Of a stretch of 64,000 nt of DNA, positions 1-9,549 are shown piece by piece. The number at the start of each line of letters is the position of its first letter. Position 1 is the first letter of the stretch. The stretch is from an uncultured delta proteobacterium (GTDB lineage Bacteria; Myxococcota_A; UBA9160; SMWR01). A program made the translations under genes and the position numbers. The notes beneath the pieces were generated by a model. It saw only the letters and a program-made list of their open reading frames with translations. It was not told the DNA's origin and did no database searches. The stretch is from the NCBI GenBank assembly GCA_963832165.1, contig CAWHTE010000011.1:864001-928000 (forward strand). Reading direction: 5' to 3'.

Positions 1-108
1 GCCGAGCGCGTCGGCCCACTGCACCTGATCGAGCGCCGCAGCGTAGAGCTCGCGCGCGGGCACACCAAACGAGGGCGCCCGCATGTCGTAGCTGATTACG
101 AGCTCCAC
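1..108 (-). CDS. LLM-class (luciferase-like) flavin-dependent oxidoreductase, N-terminal part; runs off window edge
   Basis: Manual translation from GTG at 108: VELVISYDMRAPSFGVPARELYAAALDQVQWADALG, a typical LLM N-terminus; AAGGAG upstream. Confidence 0.65.
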   Translation of the reverse strand, partial: MELVISYDMRAPSFGVPARELYAAALDQVQWADALG

Positions 109-130
109 GACTGGGCGGGCTCCTTCATGG

Positions 131-535
131 TCAAGCAGACCGCTCCACGATCTCGATCAGATGGCCCTCGGGATCGGTTGCAAACGCCACCCGCACTTTC
201 ATGTCGGGATAGTCACGGATGTCCTGGTACAAGCCGCCGCCTGCGTTTCGCACGCGCTCGAGCAGTGCGGGCAGATCGCGCGTGGTGAAGCCCAGGATCA
301 GCTCGCCGCTGTGCGGGTGCGGCCTGTCGACGAACTTCAGCAGGATCAGTGCCCCGGGTGTGAGATTGCCCGCAGTGCCGAGGATGACCTGGTCGACCGC
401 GTCACTGCCTACCGAGTCCTTCAGGCGAGTGATCTGCTCGAGCTCGAACGCCTGGCTGTAGAACGCGGCCATCTTGACGAGGTCGTCGACCACGAGCTTG
501 GTGAAGGTGAAGGTCGAGAGTCGCGGCTTCGCCAT
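131..535 (-). CDS. VOC/glyoxalase family protein
   Basis: MAKPRLSTFTFTKLVVDDLVKMAAFY...VAFATDPEGHLIEIVE; start set at ATG 535 inside longer ORF 131..973. Confidence 0.85.
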   Translation of the reverse strand: MAKPRLSTFTFTKLVVDDLVKMAAFYSQAFELEQITRLKDSVGSDAVDQVILGTAGNLTPGALILLKFVDRPHPHSGELILGFTTRDLPALLERVRNAGGGLYQDIRDYPDMKVRVAFATDPEGHLIEIVERSA

Positions 536-677
536 GGGCTCCCCTCGCTCTGTTGAACGGCGTTCCATTCTACATCGGCGCCGGCGCGGACCCTCCTTCC
601 CCGCGCTTGACGCCTGGGGCGCTGCTGCGCACGATCCGTGCGCCGCGGACAGGGCGCGCACGCCCGAGGAGGATCCA

Positions 678-2101
678 ATGCGTCGCCGAACGATCTGGCA
701 CTGCGTGGTGTTCACGGGGCTCGTGCTATCCGGGTGCGCGGGCCCCGCGCCTTCGATGCGCGTCGAGCGCAGCGAGCCGCGCCCGGGCTCGGTCTGGATC
801 TCGGACGTCGCGGTGCTCGACGTGGCGGCCGGCGTGCGCACACCCGGGCGCGACGTGCTCGTTGCGAACGGGAAGATCGAGGCGATCGCGAAGACCGGCG
901 CGGGCGCGCCCCCGGCCGGCGCGCTCGTGATCCCGGGGAAGGGCGCGACGCTGGTGCCGGGCCTCGTCGACATGCACGGCCATGTGTATGCCGACTCCCA
1001 CCCGATCTGGAACCTCGGCGTTCCCGACCCCGAAGCGAATCTGCGCGCGTATCTCTACTCGGGCGTCACCACGGTCTTCGATCCGGGAGACAACAGTCCC
1101 GACGCGTTCGAGCGCCGCGATCGCGTCGCGCGCGGCGAGCTGCCCGGCCCGCACATCTTCACGGCGGGCCCGATCCACACCGCTCCCGAGGGTCACCCGA
1201 TCTCGCTCGCGCGCGCCTTCGCACCGTGGTGGATCGGCTGGTATCTCGCGCCGCGCGTCGCGACGGCGGTGGATTCCGTGGAGGAGGCGAACGAGGCGAT
1301 CGACCGCCTCGCAGAGCAGCAGCCGGACGCGGTGAAGATCGTCGATCGACGAAGTTCCGCTCGAATCACCGCGCCTGCGCCCGGAGGTCGCGCGCGCGAT
1401 CGCCGACCGTGCGAGGAGCCACGGCCTGCGCACCGTGGCGCACATCGGCACGACCCGGGATGCGATCATCGCAGCGGAAGCCGGCGCCGCGCTCTGGGTG
1501 CACGGCGTGTACAAAGAGCGCATCCCCGACGCGGACATCAAGCTGCTCGCGGGCTATCGCATCCCGATGGTCGCGACGATCGAGGTCTTCGACAACTACG
1601 CGCGGCTGCGCGGGGGTGGACCGCGTGTGGCGACTCCGCTCGAGCGCGAGACCGTACCCGCGGAGCTGCTCGATTCGTTCTACCCGCTGCCGGACGGATT
1701 CGACGTGGGAGTGCTCACATCGTGGAGCGAGCTGAACGAGCGGGCAGTGCCGCACCGGATCGAGAACGTGCGGCGCCTGCACGCGGCAGGTGTCACGATC
1801 TTCGCGGGCAGCGATACGCAGTCCGGTGTCTTTCCAGGGCCCGGCCTGCACCGGGAGATCGCGACATCTCGTGCGCGCGGGGCTCACGCCCACCGAGGCG
1901 ATCCGCGCCGCCACGCTGGATCCGGCGCGCTTCCTCGCCCGGACCCAGACACCGGACTGGGGCAACGTGGCGGTCGGCCAGCGCGCCGATCTGCTGCTCG
2001 TCGAGGGCGACCCGACCCACGACGTGGCCGCGCTCTCGGCGATCCGCGCGGTACTCCAGGACGGCGTGCCGATCGCGCGCAAGCCCGTGGAGAAGCGATA
2101 G
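678..2101 (+). CDS. Amidohydrolase family lipoprotein; two apparent +1 frame breaks (~1344, ~1864)
   Basis: Lipobox-like LVLSGC; PGLVDMHGH metal motif; continues in other frames as VAHIGT...AGSDT and GQRADLLLVEGDP, stop 2099-2101. Confidence 0.85.
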
Positions 2102-2108
2102 TCGGACG

Positions 2109-4314
2109 CTACGAGGCGTGGTCCACGAAGATCGGCGACGACCACGCGCGCTCCTCGGTCTCGGAAAGACACTCGTCCTCGGCGGGACGGCCGAAGCACG
2201 GGGCGACCTTCGTGCAGCGGCCCTGCGCGTCGTAGGTGCAGCCGAGCGGATTTGCGTCCACGGCCGGGCTCGGTGCCTCGATCGCGCGCACGTAGTAGAG
2301 GGCGTCGTGCCCCGACGCCGCGAACTCCGGGTCGGTGAACTCGGCCTGGCAGCCGGTGGGATCGCCCGGGCACGGGATCACGCGCCACGGATCCTCGATG
2401 CGCTGGTGCGCATCGGGGCCGGGGCCGGGCCGGATCCGCACCACTTCGAGGCGTGTGATGGGGCGCCGCTGATCGGTCGGGTTGTAGCACTCCCCGCGAC
2501 ACAGGCGTTCAACGCGATCGCCGAGTGCATCGAGCGCATCGGCGGGACAGCCGGGCTTCTGCTCGAACGAGCCGACCGCGCGCGCCTGGAAGATCGGCGC
2601 GTCGCCCATCGCCGCCTCGCCGCCCATCGGCAGCGGCTGCCCGCCCGGCGCGTTCACGAGATCGAACCAGAGCAGGATGCGCGGGCCGCTCGTTCCATAC
2701 ACTTCTCTGCGTTGGAGCGCATCCCAGACCGCGCCGCGGCTGCGCCCGGTCGCGTGCACGGCGGCGAGCCCGCCGTTCAGGAAGAACGAGGCCTGACGCT
2801 CGGTCTCCATCACCGCGAACGGTGAATCGCCGGGCTTTCTCACGTAGGGCTCGGTGTGCGAGAGCGGCGGCCGTTCCTTCACCTGGCCGATCGGCGTCTC
2901 GAGCAGGTTGCCGAAGCGCGCCTCCGTGAACTCGGTGCGCGCCACCTCCTTGTAGCCGGTGCCGGGGCGGCCCGAGTGGTTGTCGCTCGATCCGATGAAG
3001 CCGAAGCGGAAGCTCTGCGGGCCGTCACCGTCGGCGCCCGAGCGACATGATGTACTGGACCGAGCTGCGCGGCCGGTAGTTGAACGCGGGCTGGAAGCAG
3101 TCGCGACACTGGCCCGCGTCCTGCCAGTCGACGGGCTCGGTGCCCGGCACGACCGAGGCGCCGCCGTTGTTGATCGCGTCCACGAAGTGCTGGCGCGCGC
3201 TGGCCGCGCGCTCGGCGCATTCCGACTCCGGGCGCTTCTCGGCGAGGCAGCGCGCTTCGATGATCTCGCCCGCGCGCCAGCACGAGGGCAGATAGTTGTC
3301 GGCGGGGGAGGGGCAGGTGCTCGTGCCGTCGGCGGAGATCACGACTTCTCGATAGGGCCGGAACTCCTCGGAGTTCCCGTGCCCCGAGAACACCTCGATC
3401 AGCCGCTGCCGCGCCGGATCGTGCTGCTCGAACGACAGCTGCTTGTCCCAGCTCGAGCCGAGCGGCGTGTAGAAGCCCCACGTGGTGCCGTGCGGGATCA
3501 CCATCGACACCACGTTCCACTCGTTCAGCTTCGCGAACAGATCGTGCGGAGTGGGCGCGAGCTCCCGGCAGTCCCGGGGCAGGTCGCGCACGGGAACTCC
3601 TTCGGGACAGATCGGCACGTCGGTGGCGCTCATGAAGCGCGCGAAGTCGGCGCCGCCGTCGGCGTAGCGGCCCAGCGCGAGCAGTCCGAGCAGGAACGGC
3701 GAGGGGGTGACCAGGTCTTCGCTGCGCCCGCTGACCACCGTGGTGAGCGGCCGCGCGACGATCTTGTCGTCGTCGAGGTCGCGCAGCACCACGTTCTTGT
3801 GACCCCAGTGGTCCTTGGGCGTCGAGCCCACGTTGGTCCACTCCCAGCCGAGATAGGCGACCGTGTCGGGGCTCTCGGGGTTGTCGGCGATCGCGTTGCA
3901 CTGCCGGATCGACTCGATCGTCTCGCTCCACATGCGCGGAGTGAGCGTGAGGTCGTGGTCGTTGATCGACCAGAAGTCGAGCCCGGAGCAGTGGCGCGCG
4001 TAGTCGCAGGCGTCCGCGACCGGGTGCGCGCCGTCGCCGCCCGCCATCGGCAGGCTCGCCGCGAACGCATCGAACGAGAACGTGCTGTGCACGTGAAGAT
4101 CGCCGAACAGGATCTGCTTGGGCTGCGCGACGCCGATGCCGCGCGCGGCCTCGCTCTGCATCGCCGCGCGGTCGCCGACGATCTCCTTCGCGATCGCGCG
4201 CGCCTGCGGTTTGCCCGCGGCGGTTTCCCTGCCGAACAGGCCGAGCCCCGCGCTGTAGAGCAGCGCGAGGGCCAGGACGAGGAGCAGCGCGATTCCGGCG
4301 AACAGGCGCGTCAT
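2109..4314 (-). CDS. DUF3604 (PHP-like metallohydrolase) membrane-anchored protein; frame break ~3030
   Basis: N-terminal hydrophobic helix; LFGDLHVHS, INDHD, IPHG, SSDNH, REVYGTSG, ERAWSSPIF; collinear with intact paralog at 40116-42380. Confidence 0.8.
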
Positions 4315-4427
4315 GGCGATGACGGGACCTCCCGTCGGCCTTCTACCATTGTGCGCGTCACAAAGAAAGGTCCGAAGCGACATCGCGGTGATACGCTGCG
4401 GCGCGACGAGGCGAGGGGAGGAGCGCG

Positions 4428-5261
4428 ATGGCAGCGGACGCGGGTGCGGTGCTGGTGACGGGTGCGGGTGGTGGCATCGGTTTCGCGTGCGCGCGCGCGC
4501 TCGCGGGCAGCGGGTCGCTCCTGCTCCAGGACCTGGACGACCGCAGACTCGCGATGGCCCAGAAGGAGCTCACGAGTGAGGGGATCCCGGCCCAGACGAT
4601 CGCGGGAGATCTCTGCGATCCGGCACATCTCGGTGCGCTCGCGGCCGCCGTCGCGCGCGCGGGCGGCCTGCGCGCGCTCGCGCACACGGCGGGCATCTCG
4701 CCCGTGATGGCCGATGCGCAGCGCGTCTTCGAGGTGGATCTGGTCGCGACGGTCCGGCTCGTCGATGCGCTCGTGCCGCAGCTGCAGCCCGGCGCGGCTG
4801 CGGTGCTGATCGCCTCCCAGGCCGGACACTTCATCGCGCCGGTCGCGACGCCCGCGATCGATGCGATCCTCGACGCGCCGCTCGCAGACGATGCGTACGA
4901 GCGCCTCGTCGCGATCGCGGGCCCGCTCGCGAGCAGCTCCGGCGGCGCATACGGGCTCGCGAAGCGCGGCGTGCAGCGCCTCGCCGTCGCGCGCGCGGCC
5001 GAGTTCGGCGCCGCGGGCGCGCGAATCACCTCGCTCTCGCCGGGAATCATCGACACGGGAATGGGTCGCTCGGAGCGCGTCGCGCACGCGGCGGCGACCG
5101 ACCAGATCGTGGCGAAGACCAGCGCGGGGCAGCGGCTCGGCCGGCCCGACGAGATCGCGTCGGTGGTGGCGTTCCTGTGCTCGGATGCGGCGAGCTTCGT
5201 GACCGGGGTCGACTGGCTCGTCGACGGCGGAAGCACAAACCAGGTGCTCAGCGGCCGTTAG
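4428..5261 (+). CDS. SDR family oxidoreductase
   Basis: TGAGGGIG Rossmann motif, YGLAK catalytic motif, SPGIIDT, VDGG. Confidence 0.9.
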   Translation: MAADAGAVLVTGAGGGIGFACARALAGSGSLLLQDLDDRRLAMAQKELTSEGIPAQTIAGDLCDPAHLGALAAAVARAGGLRALAHTAGISPVMADAQRVFEVDLVATVRLVDALVPQLQPGAAAVLIASQAGHFIAPVATPAIDAILDAPLADDAYERLVAIAGPLASSSGGAYGLAKRGVQRLAVARAAEFGAAGARITSLSPGIIDTGMGRSERVAHAAATDQIVAKTSAGQRLGRPDEIASVVAFLCSDAASFVTGVDWLVDGGSTNQVLSGR

Positions 5262-6004
5262 GCTGCTCCGTCGTGCGCGCGCTTCTCGAGCGCGCGCGCG
5301 ATCTCCTCCTCGCCGAGCGGCTCGGGGTGCACGACGCGGAAGCTCGTCGCCCATTCGGCCGCGATGTCGCGGCCGAGCCACACGTTGATCGAGATCGTCA
5401 CGCCCATCGCGCCGATTGCGCCGAGGCTCGCGAGCGCCATGTCCTTGTGCGCGTCCCAGACATCGCCCTGCGTGCCCAGATAGGATTGCCCGAGGTCCCC
5501 GCCGAACGCGACCGCGGCGCCCCACTCGATCAGCTCGTAGATCATCGAGCTCGACATCGTGAGGTCGAGCGGCAGGAAATAGCCCCAGAAGCCGCGCACG
5601 TCGACGATCCGCAGGAACACTTCGCGGATCGGGTAGGCGAGCAGCAACCCGTACGCGAAGTGGACCAGGCGATCGTACATGTTGCGCTCGAAGCCGAGCG
5701 CGGCGTCGGGCGAGAAGCCGAGCCAGCGCTGGCTGCCGGCGTCGTAGGGCACGAGCGAGTAGGTGTAGTGCGAGCCGACGACGTGCAGCGTCAGGAACAG
5801 GAAGATCAGCGTGTAGGAGACGCGCGAGAAGCGGAACGCGCGGTAGGTGAAGGCGAGCACGGCGACGCCGAGCACCGTGAGCGCGTTCTCGAGCAGCCAG
5901 GTCGAGCGCGACACCGGCGAGATCGCGAGCACCACGAACTCGACCGCGAACACGCTGCCCAGGATCGCGAGCGTCGCGGGAATCGAGAGGCGCTGATCTC
6001 GCAA
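5258..6004 (-). CDS. DUF2238 (YjdF-like) inner-membrane protein
   Basis: WLLEN, HYTYSLVPY, RNMYDRLVHFAYG, YELIEW, GTQGDVWDAHKDM; start placed at TTG 6004 after GGAG (uncertain). Confidence 0.8.
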   Translation of the reverse strand: MRDQRLSIPATLAILGSVFAVEFVVLAISPVSRSTWLLENALTVLGVAVLAFTYRAFRFSRVSYTLIFLFLTLHVVGSHYTYSLVPYDAGSQRWLGFSPDAALGFERNMYDRLVHFAYGLLLAYPIREVFLRIVDVRGFWGYFLPLDLTMSSSMIYELIEWGAAVAFGGDLGQSYLGTQGDVWDAHKDMALASLGAIGAMGVTISINVWLGRDIAAEWATSFRVVHPEPLGEEEIARALEKRAHDGAA

Positions 6005-6141
6005 GCGAGCTCCGGATCTGCGCCGCTCGCGAGCCGCAGCGAGCGCGCCCGGAGCGTAGAGGAGACGCTCGCCACGCGCCGGGACGGGAGCTAAGGCCGT
6101 GTCGGCGTTCGCCCGATCCTCCATGCGAAGGGGTCGGGCCG

Positions 6142-6549
6142 ATGCAGATCGAGCTGCTCGTGGCGTTCACGCTGCTGGCGATGCTGGCGTTCCCGTTGGC
6201 GCTCGACCGGCTGCGCCACGAGCTGCGGCGGCAGCGAGTCTGCGCGGCCGCGCGCGATTTCGGGGGGCTCATCACGCGGAGCTTCCTCACGGTGCCGTGC
6301 TCGCAATGCGACGAGCGCGACATGGGACTCGTCTCGGTGGGTCCGAACGCGCGCTCGATCCACTACGAGTGCCGCGGCTGCCGGAACCGCCATCACGCGT
6401 CCGCCGCCTCGACCGATTTCTCGGCGGCGGCTCCCCAATACGAGCTGTTCCAGAACCTGCTCTCGGCGTTCAACGAGCGCTATCGCCGCCGCCGCATCGC
6501 GATCGACATCGTGTTTCGCACGCCACGGGCTCGCGCAACGGACGCGTGA
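6142..6549 (+). CDS. Hypothetical membrane-anchored protein with CxxC...CxxC (possible zinc ribbon)
   Basis: N-terminal TM segment; CSQC and CRGC pairs; fills gap upstream of co-oriented gene. Confidence 0.55.
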   Translation: MQIELLVAFTLLAMLAFPLALDRLRHELRRQRVCAAARDFGGLITRSFLTVPCSQCDERDMGLVSVGPNARSIHYECRGCRNRHHASAASTDFSAAAPQYELFQNLLSAFNERYRRRRIAIDIVFRTPRARATDA

Positions 6550-6574
6550 TCTGGCAGGATCGGGCAGAGGCAAA

Positions 6575-7321
6575 GTGCGGCGCGTGTTCCACGACGCGTA
6601 CGAGATCGCAGGCGACCCGGCGGCCGGGCCGTTCCTGTTCACGTGCGAGCACGCGACGCGGCGGCTGCCCGAGTGGGAGGCCGAGCCCGCCGATCTGCCG
6701 TTCCTCGAGGACCACTGGGGCTTCGACGTCGGCGCCGCCGACCTCACGCGCGAGCTCGCGCGGCTGTGCGAGAGCGGCGCGCTGCTCTCGCGCTTCTCGC
6801 GACTCGTGTGCGATCCGAACCGGGCGCCCGAGGAGGCGAGCTTCGTCGTGGCCGAGGTCGCCGGACACGCGCTCTCGTTCAACCTCTCGGTCGACGCAGT
6901 CGAGCGTGCGCGCCGCCGCGCGCGCTATTTCGATCCCTATCACGCGGCAATCGATTCCGCGCTCGCTGAGCGCTTCGCCGCGGGTCCCCCCGTGCGCCTG
7001 TGCTCGATCCACTCGTTCACGCCCGTGTTCGACGGCTGTGCCCGGCCGATGGAAGTGGGCGTGCTGTTCGACGACCACGAGCCGCACGCGCTGCGCGTGG
7101 CCGACGCGCTCGAGCGCGAGGGCTTCGCGGTGGCCCAGAACGAGCCCTACTCGGGCTTCGCCGGGCTGATCTACGCGGCGCGCCGCCACGGCCGCGAGCA
7201 CGGCGTCGTGTATCTCGAGCTCGAGGTGCGCAACGACCTGATCGCCACCGCACAGCAGGTGCGCGCGATCGCGCCGCGGATCGCGCGCGCGCTCCAAGAG
7301 TACGCGCCGAGCGGCGGCTGA
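6575..7321 (+). CDS. N-formylglutamate amidohydrolase family protein
   Basis: TCEHA, HWGFDVGA, SRLVCDPNR, SIHSFTP, NEPY, ELEVRNDL motifs. Confidence 0.85.
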   Translation: MRRVFHDAYEIAGDPAAGPFLFTCEHATRRLPEWEAEPADLPFLEDHWGFDVGAADLTRELARLCESGALLSRFSRLVCDPNRAPEEASFVVAEVAGHALSFNLSVDAVERARRRARYFDPYHAAIDSALAERFAAGPPVRLCSIHSFTPVFDGCARPMEVGVLFDDHEPHALRVADALEREGFAVAQNEPYSGFAGLIYAARRHGREHGVVYLELEVRNDLIATAQQVRAIAPRIARALQEYAPSGG

Positions 7322-7324
7322 GCG

Positions 7325-8578
7325 CTACACCGAACGCGCGAAGCGATAACGGATCGGCAGGTGCTTGATGCCCGCCACGAAGCTCGACGCGGTGCGCGCG
7401 GGCTCGCCCGCGAGCTCGAGCCGCTCGACGCGCCGCGCGATCTCGGTGAACAGCGCCGTGCTCGAGCGGCGGGCCAGGTGCGCGCCGAGGCAGAAGTGCT
7501 CGCCGATCCCGAACCCGAGGTGGCGGTTCGGGCTGCGCTCGATCCGGAACGCGAACGGGTCGTCGAAGACGTCCTCGTCGCGGTTCGCGGACGCGTAGCA
7601 GAGCATCAGCTCCTCGCCCTCGCGGATCTTCTGGCCGCGCAGCTCGACGTCGCTCGCGGCCGTGCGCTTCATGTAGTTCACGGGTGTGGTCCAGCGCACG
7701 ATCTCTTCCACGGCCTGTGCCGCGAGCGCCGGGTTGGCGCGCAGGCGCGCGAGCTCGGCGGGGTTCTCGATCAGCGCGAGCAGGCCCCCGGAGATCGCGT
7801 TGCGCGTGGTGTCGTGGCCCGCCGTGAATACGATCAGGTAGTAGCCGAGCGTCTCCACGGGCCCCATCGGGGCGCCGTCCACCTGTCCGTTCGCGAGCAC
7901 GGTCGCGAGGTCATCGCGGGGATTCGCGCGGCGATCCTCGATGATCTTCGAGAAGTAGTTGAAGAACTCGAGGCCGATCTGCATGATCCGCTGCTCGCGC
8001 GTGCCTTCGCGCTGGAACTCGGGATCGTCACCGCTGAACAGCTCGTTGGTCAGGCGCAGGATCAGCGCCTCGTCCTCCTGTGGCACGCCGAGCGCCTGCG
8101 ACAGGATGCGCAGCGGGTGTGCGACCGCCACGCGGGTCACGAAATCGCACTCGCCGTCGCCGTCGGCCGCAAGCGCGTCGACGAGCGAGCGCGCGCTCTC
8201 GTCCACGGCGGACTCGAGCCGCGCGAGGCTGCGCGGCGTGAACCAGCCGCTCGCGACCTTGCGAAACGTGCGGTGCGCGGGCGGATCCATCTCGATGATC
8301 GTCTTCATGCCCGCGAGCCCCGACTGGTCCGATTCCCGCATGCGCGTCTGCTCGTCGTCGAGCACGACGATGCCCTTGCTGTTCACGAACGCGTCGGGGC
8401 GCTTCGAGATCTCGCAGATGTCGGCGTGCCTGGTGATCGCCCAGAACGATCCGTGGCCGGGTGGCTCGCAGCGATGTACGGGTGATTCGCGCCGCAGCCG
8501 GGTCCAGACGTCGTGCGGATAGCCGCGGTCGGCGTACTGGGTCGGGAAGATCAGCTCGCTTCCATCGGTGATCTGCAT
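7325..8578 (-). CDS. Cytochrome P450
   Basis: AGHDTT I-helix, EEIVR (ExxR), FGIGEHFCLG heme-thiolate motif. Confidence 0.95.
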   Translation of the reverse strand: MQITDGSELIFPTQYADRGYPHDVWTRLRRESPVHRCEPPGHGSFWAITRHADICEISKRPDAFVNSKGIVVLDDEQTRMRESDQSGLAGMKTIIEMDPPAHRTFRKVASGWFTPRSLARLESAVDESARSLVDALAADGDGECDFVTRVAVAHPLRILSQALGVPQEDEALILRLTNELFSGDDPEFQREGTREQRIMQIGLEFFNYFSKIIEDRRANPRDDLATVLANGQVDGAPMGPVETLGYYLIVFTAGHDTTRNAISGGLLALIENPAELARLRANPALAAQAVEEIVRWTTPVNYMKRTAASDVELRGQKIREGEELMLCYASANRDEDVFDDPFAFRIERSPNRHLGFGIGEHFCLGAHLARRSSTALFTEIARRVERLELAGEPARTASSFVAGIKHLPIRYRFARSV

Positions 8579-8672
8579 GCGTGCGTTCTCCGGGTGCGCG
8601 GTCGGAAGCTAGCGGCTCGGATTCCGATGCGCGCGGCTGCCGCATGGCTCGATTGCGTGGCATGATCGCCGG

Positions 8673-9539
8673 GTGTTCGATGCGCTCGACCACGTGATCC
8701 TCGCGGTGCGCGACCTCGCGGACGCCACGCGCCGTTACGCGACGCTGTTTGCGCGCCGGCCCTCGTGGCGCGGCGAGCATCCAGGCCAGGGGACCGCGAA
8801 CACGCTGTTCCGTCTCCACAACACCTACCTGGAGCTGCTGGCGCCCGAAGGCGACGGTCCGACCGGGCGCCTGATCAGCGAGCGGCTCGCTTCGCACGGC
8901 GAGGGGCCGCTCGGACTCGCGTTCGCGACGCGTGATGCGGACGCCGCGGCGGCGACACTCGCGGAGCACGGGCTCGAGCCCGCGCCCGTCATGCCGGGTC
9001 TGGGCCGCGATGCCGATTCGGGGCTGATCCGGCGCTGGCGCACGGCGATGCTGCCGCTCGAGCGCACGCGCGGCGTGCTGCTGTTCGCGATCGAGCACTT
9101 GACGCCCGATCTGCTTCCGGAGGCGGGAGCGGTCGGACCCGCCGAGGCCGTGGTCACGGGCATCGACCACGCGGTGGTGCAGACCTCCGACGCGGAGGCC
9201 GCGATCTCGCTCTATCGCGACGGGCTCGGACTGCGGCTCGCGCTCGATCGCAGCTTTCCCGAATGGGGCATGAGGCTCGTGTTCCTGCGCGTGGGCGGAG
9301 TCACGATCGAGGTCGCACAGCCGCTGCAGGACGCCGCGCCGCCGCCCGACACCGATCGGCTCTGGGGGCTGTCCTGGCGCGTTCCGGATGCCGACGCCGC
9401 GCGCGAGCGGCTGGCCGCCGCGGGCGTCGATGTCTCCGAGGTACGCGCGGGTCGAAAGCCCGGCACGCGTGTGCTCAGTGTGAAGGACGGCACCTGCGGC
9501 GTGCCGACGCTGTTGATCGAGCCCGCGGCGCCGGCGTAG
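8673..9539 (+). CDS. Two-domain VOC/glyoxalase family protein
   Basis: Two LDHV/IDHA glyoxalase modules; YLELL; C-terminal [10 protein letters not shown]. Confidence 0.85.
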   Translation: MFDALDHVILAVRDLADATRRYATLFARRPSWRGEHPGQGTANTLFRLHNTYLELLAPEGDGPTGRLISERLASHGEGPLGLAFATRDADAAAATLAEHGLEPAPVMPGLGRDADSGLIRRWRTAMLPLERTRGVLLFAIEHLTPDLLPEAGAVGPAEAVVTGIDHAVVQTSDAEAAISLYRDGLGLRLALDRSFPEWGMRLVFLRVGGVTIEVAQPLQDAAPPPDTDRLWGLSWRVPDADAARERLAAAGVDVSEVRAGRKPGTRVLSVKDGTCGVPTLLIEPAAPA

Positions 9540-9549
9540 CCGCTCTCGC

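Noticed and set aside
678..4314. Pseudogene or programmed-frameshift calls for broken genes
   Set aside because: No slippery heptamers or further decay; the pattern fits sequencing indels, though reads are needed to confirm.
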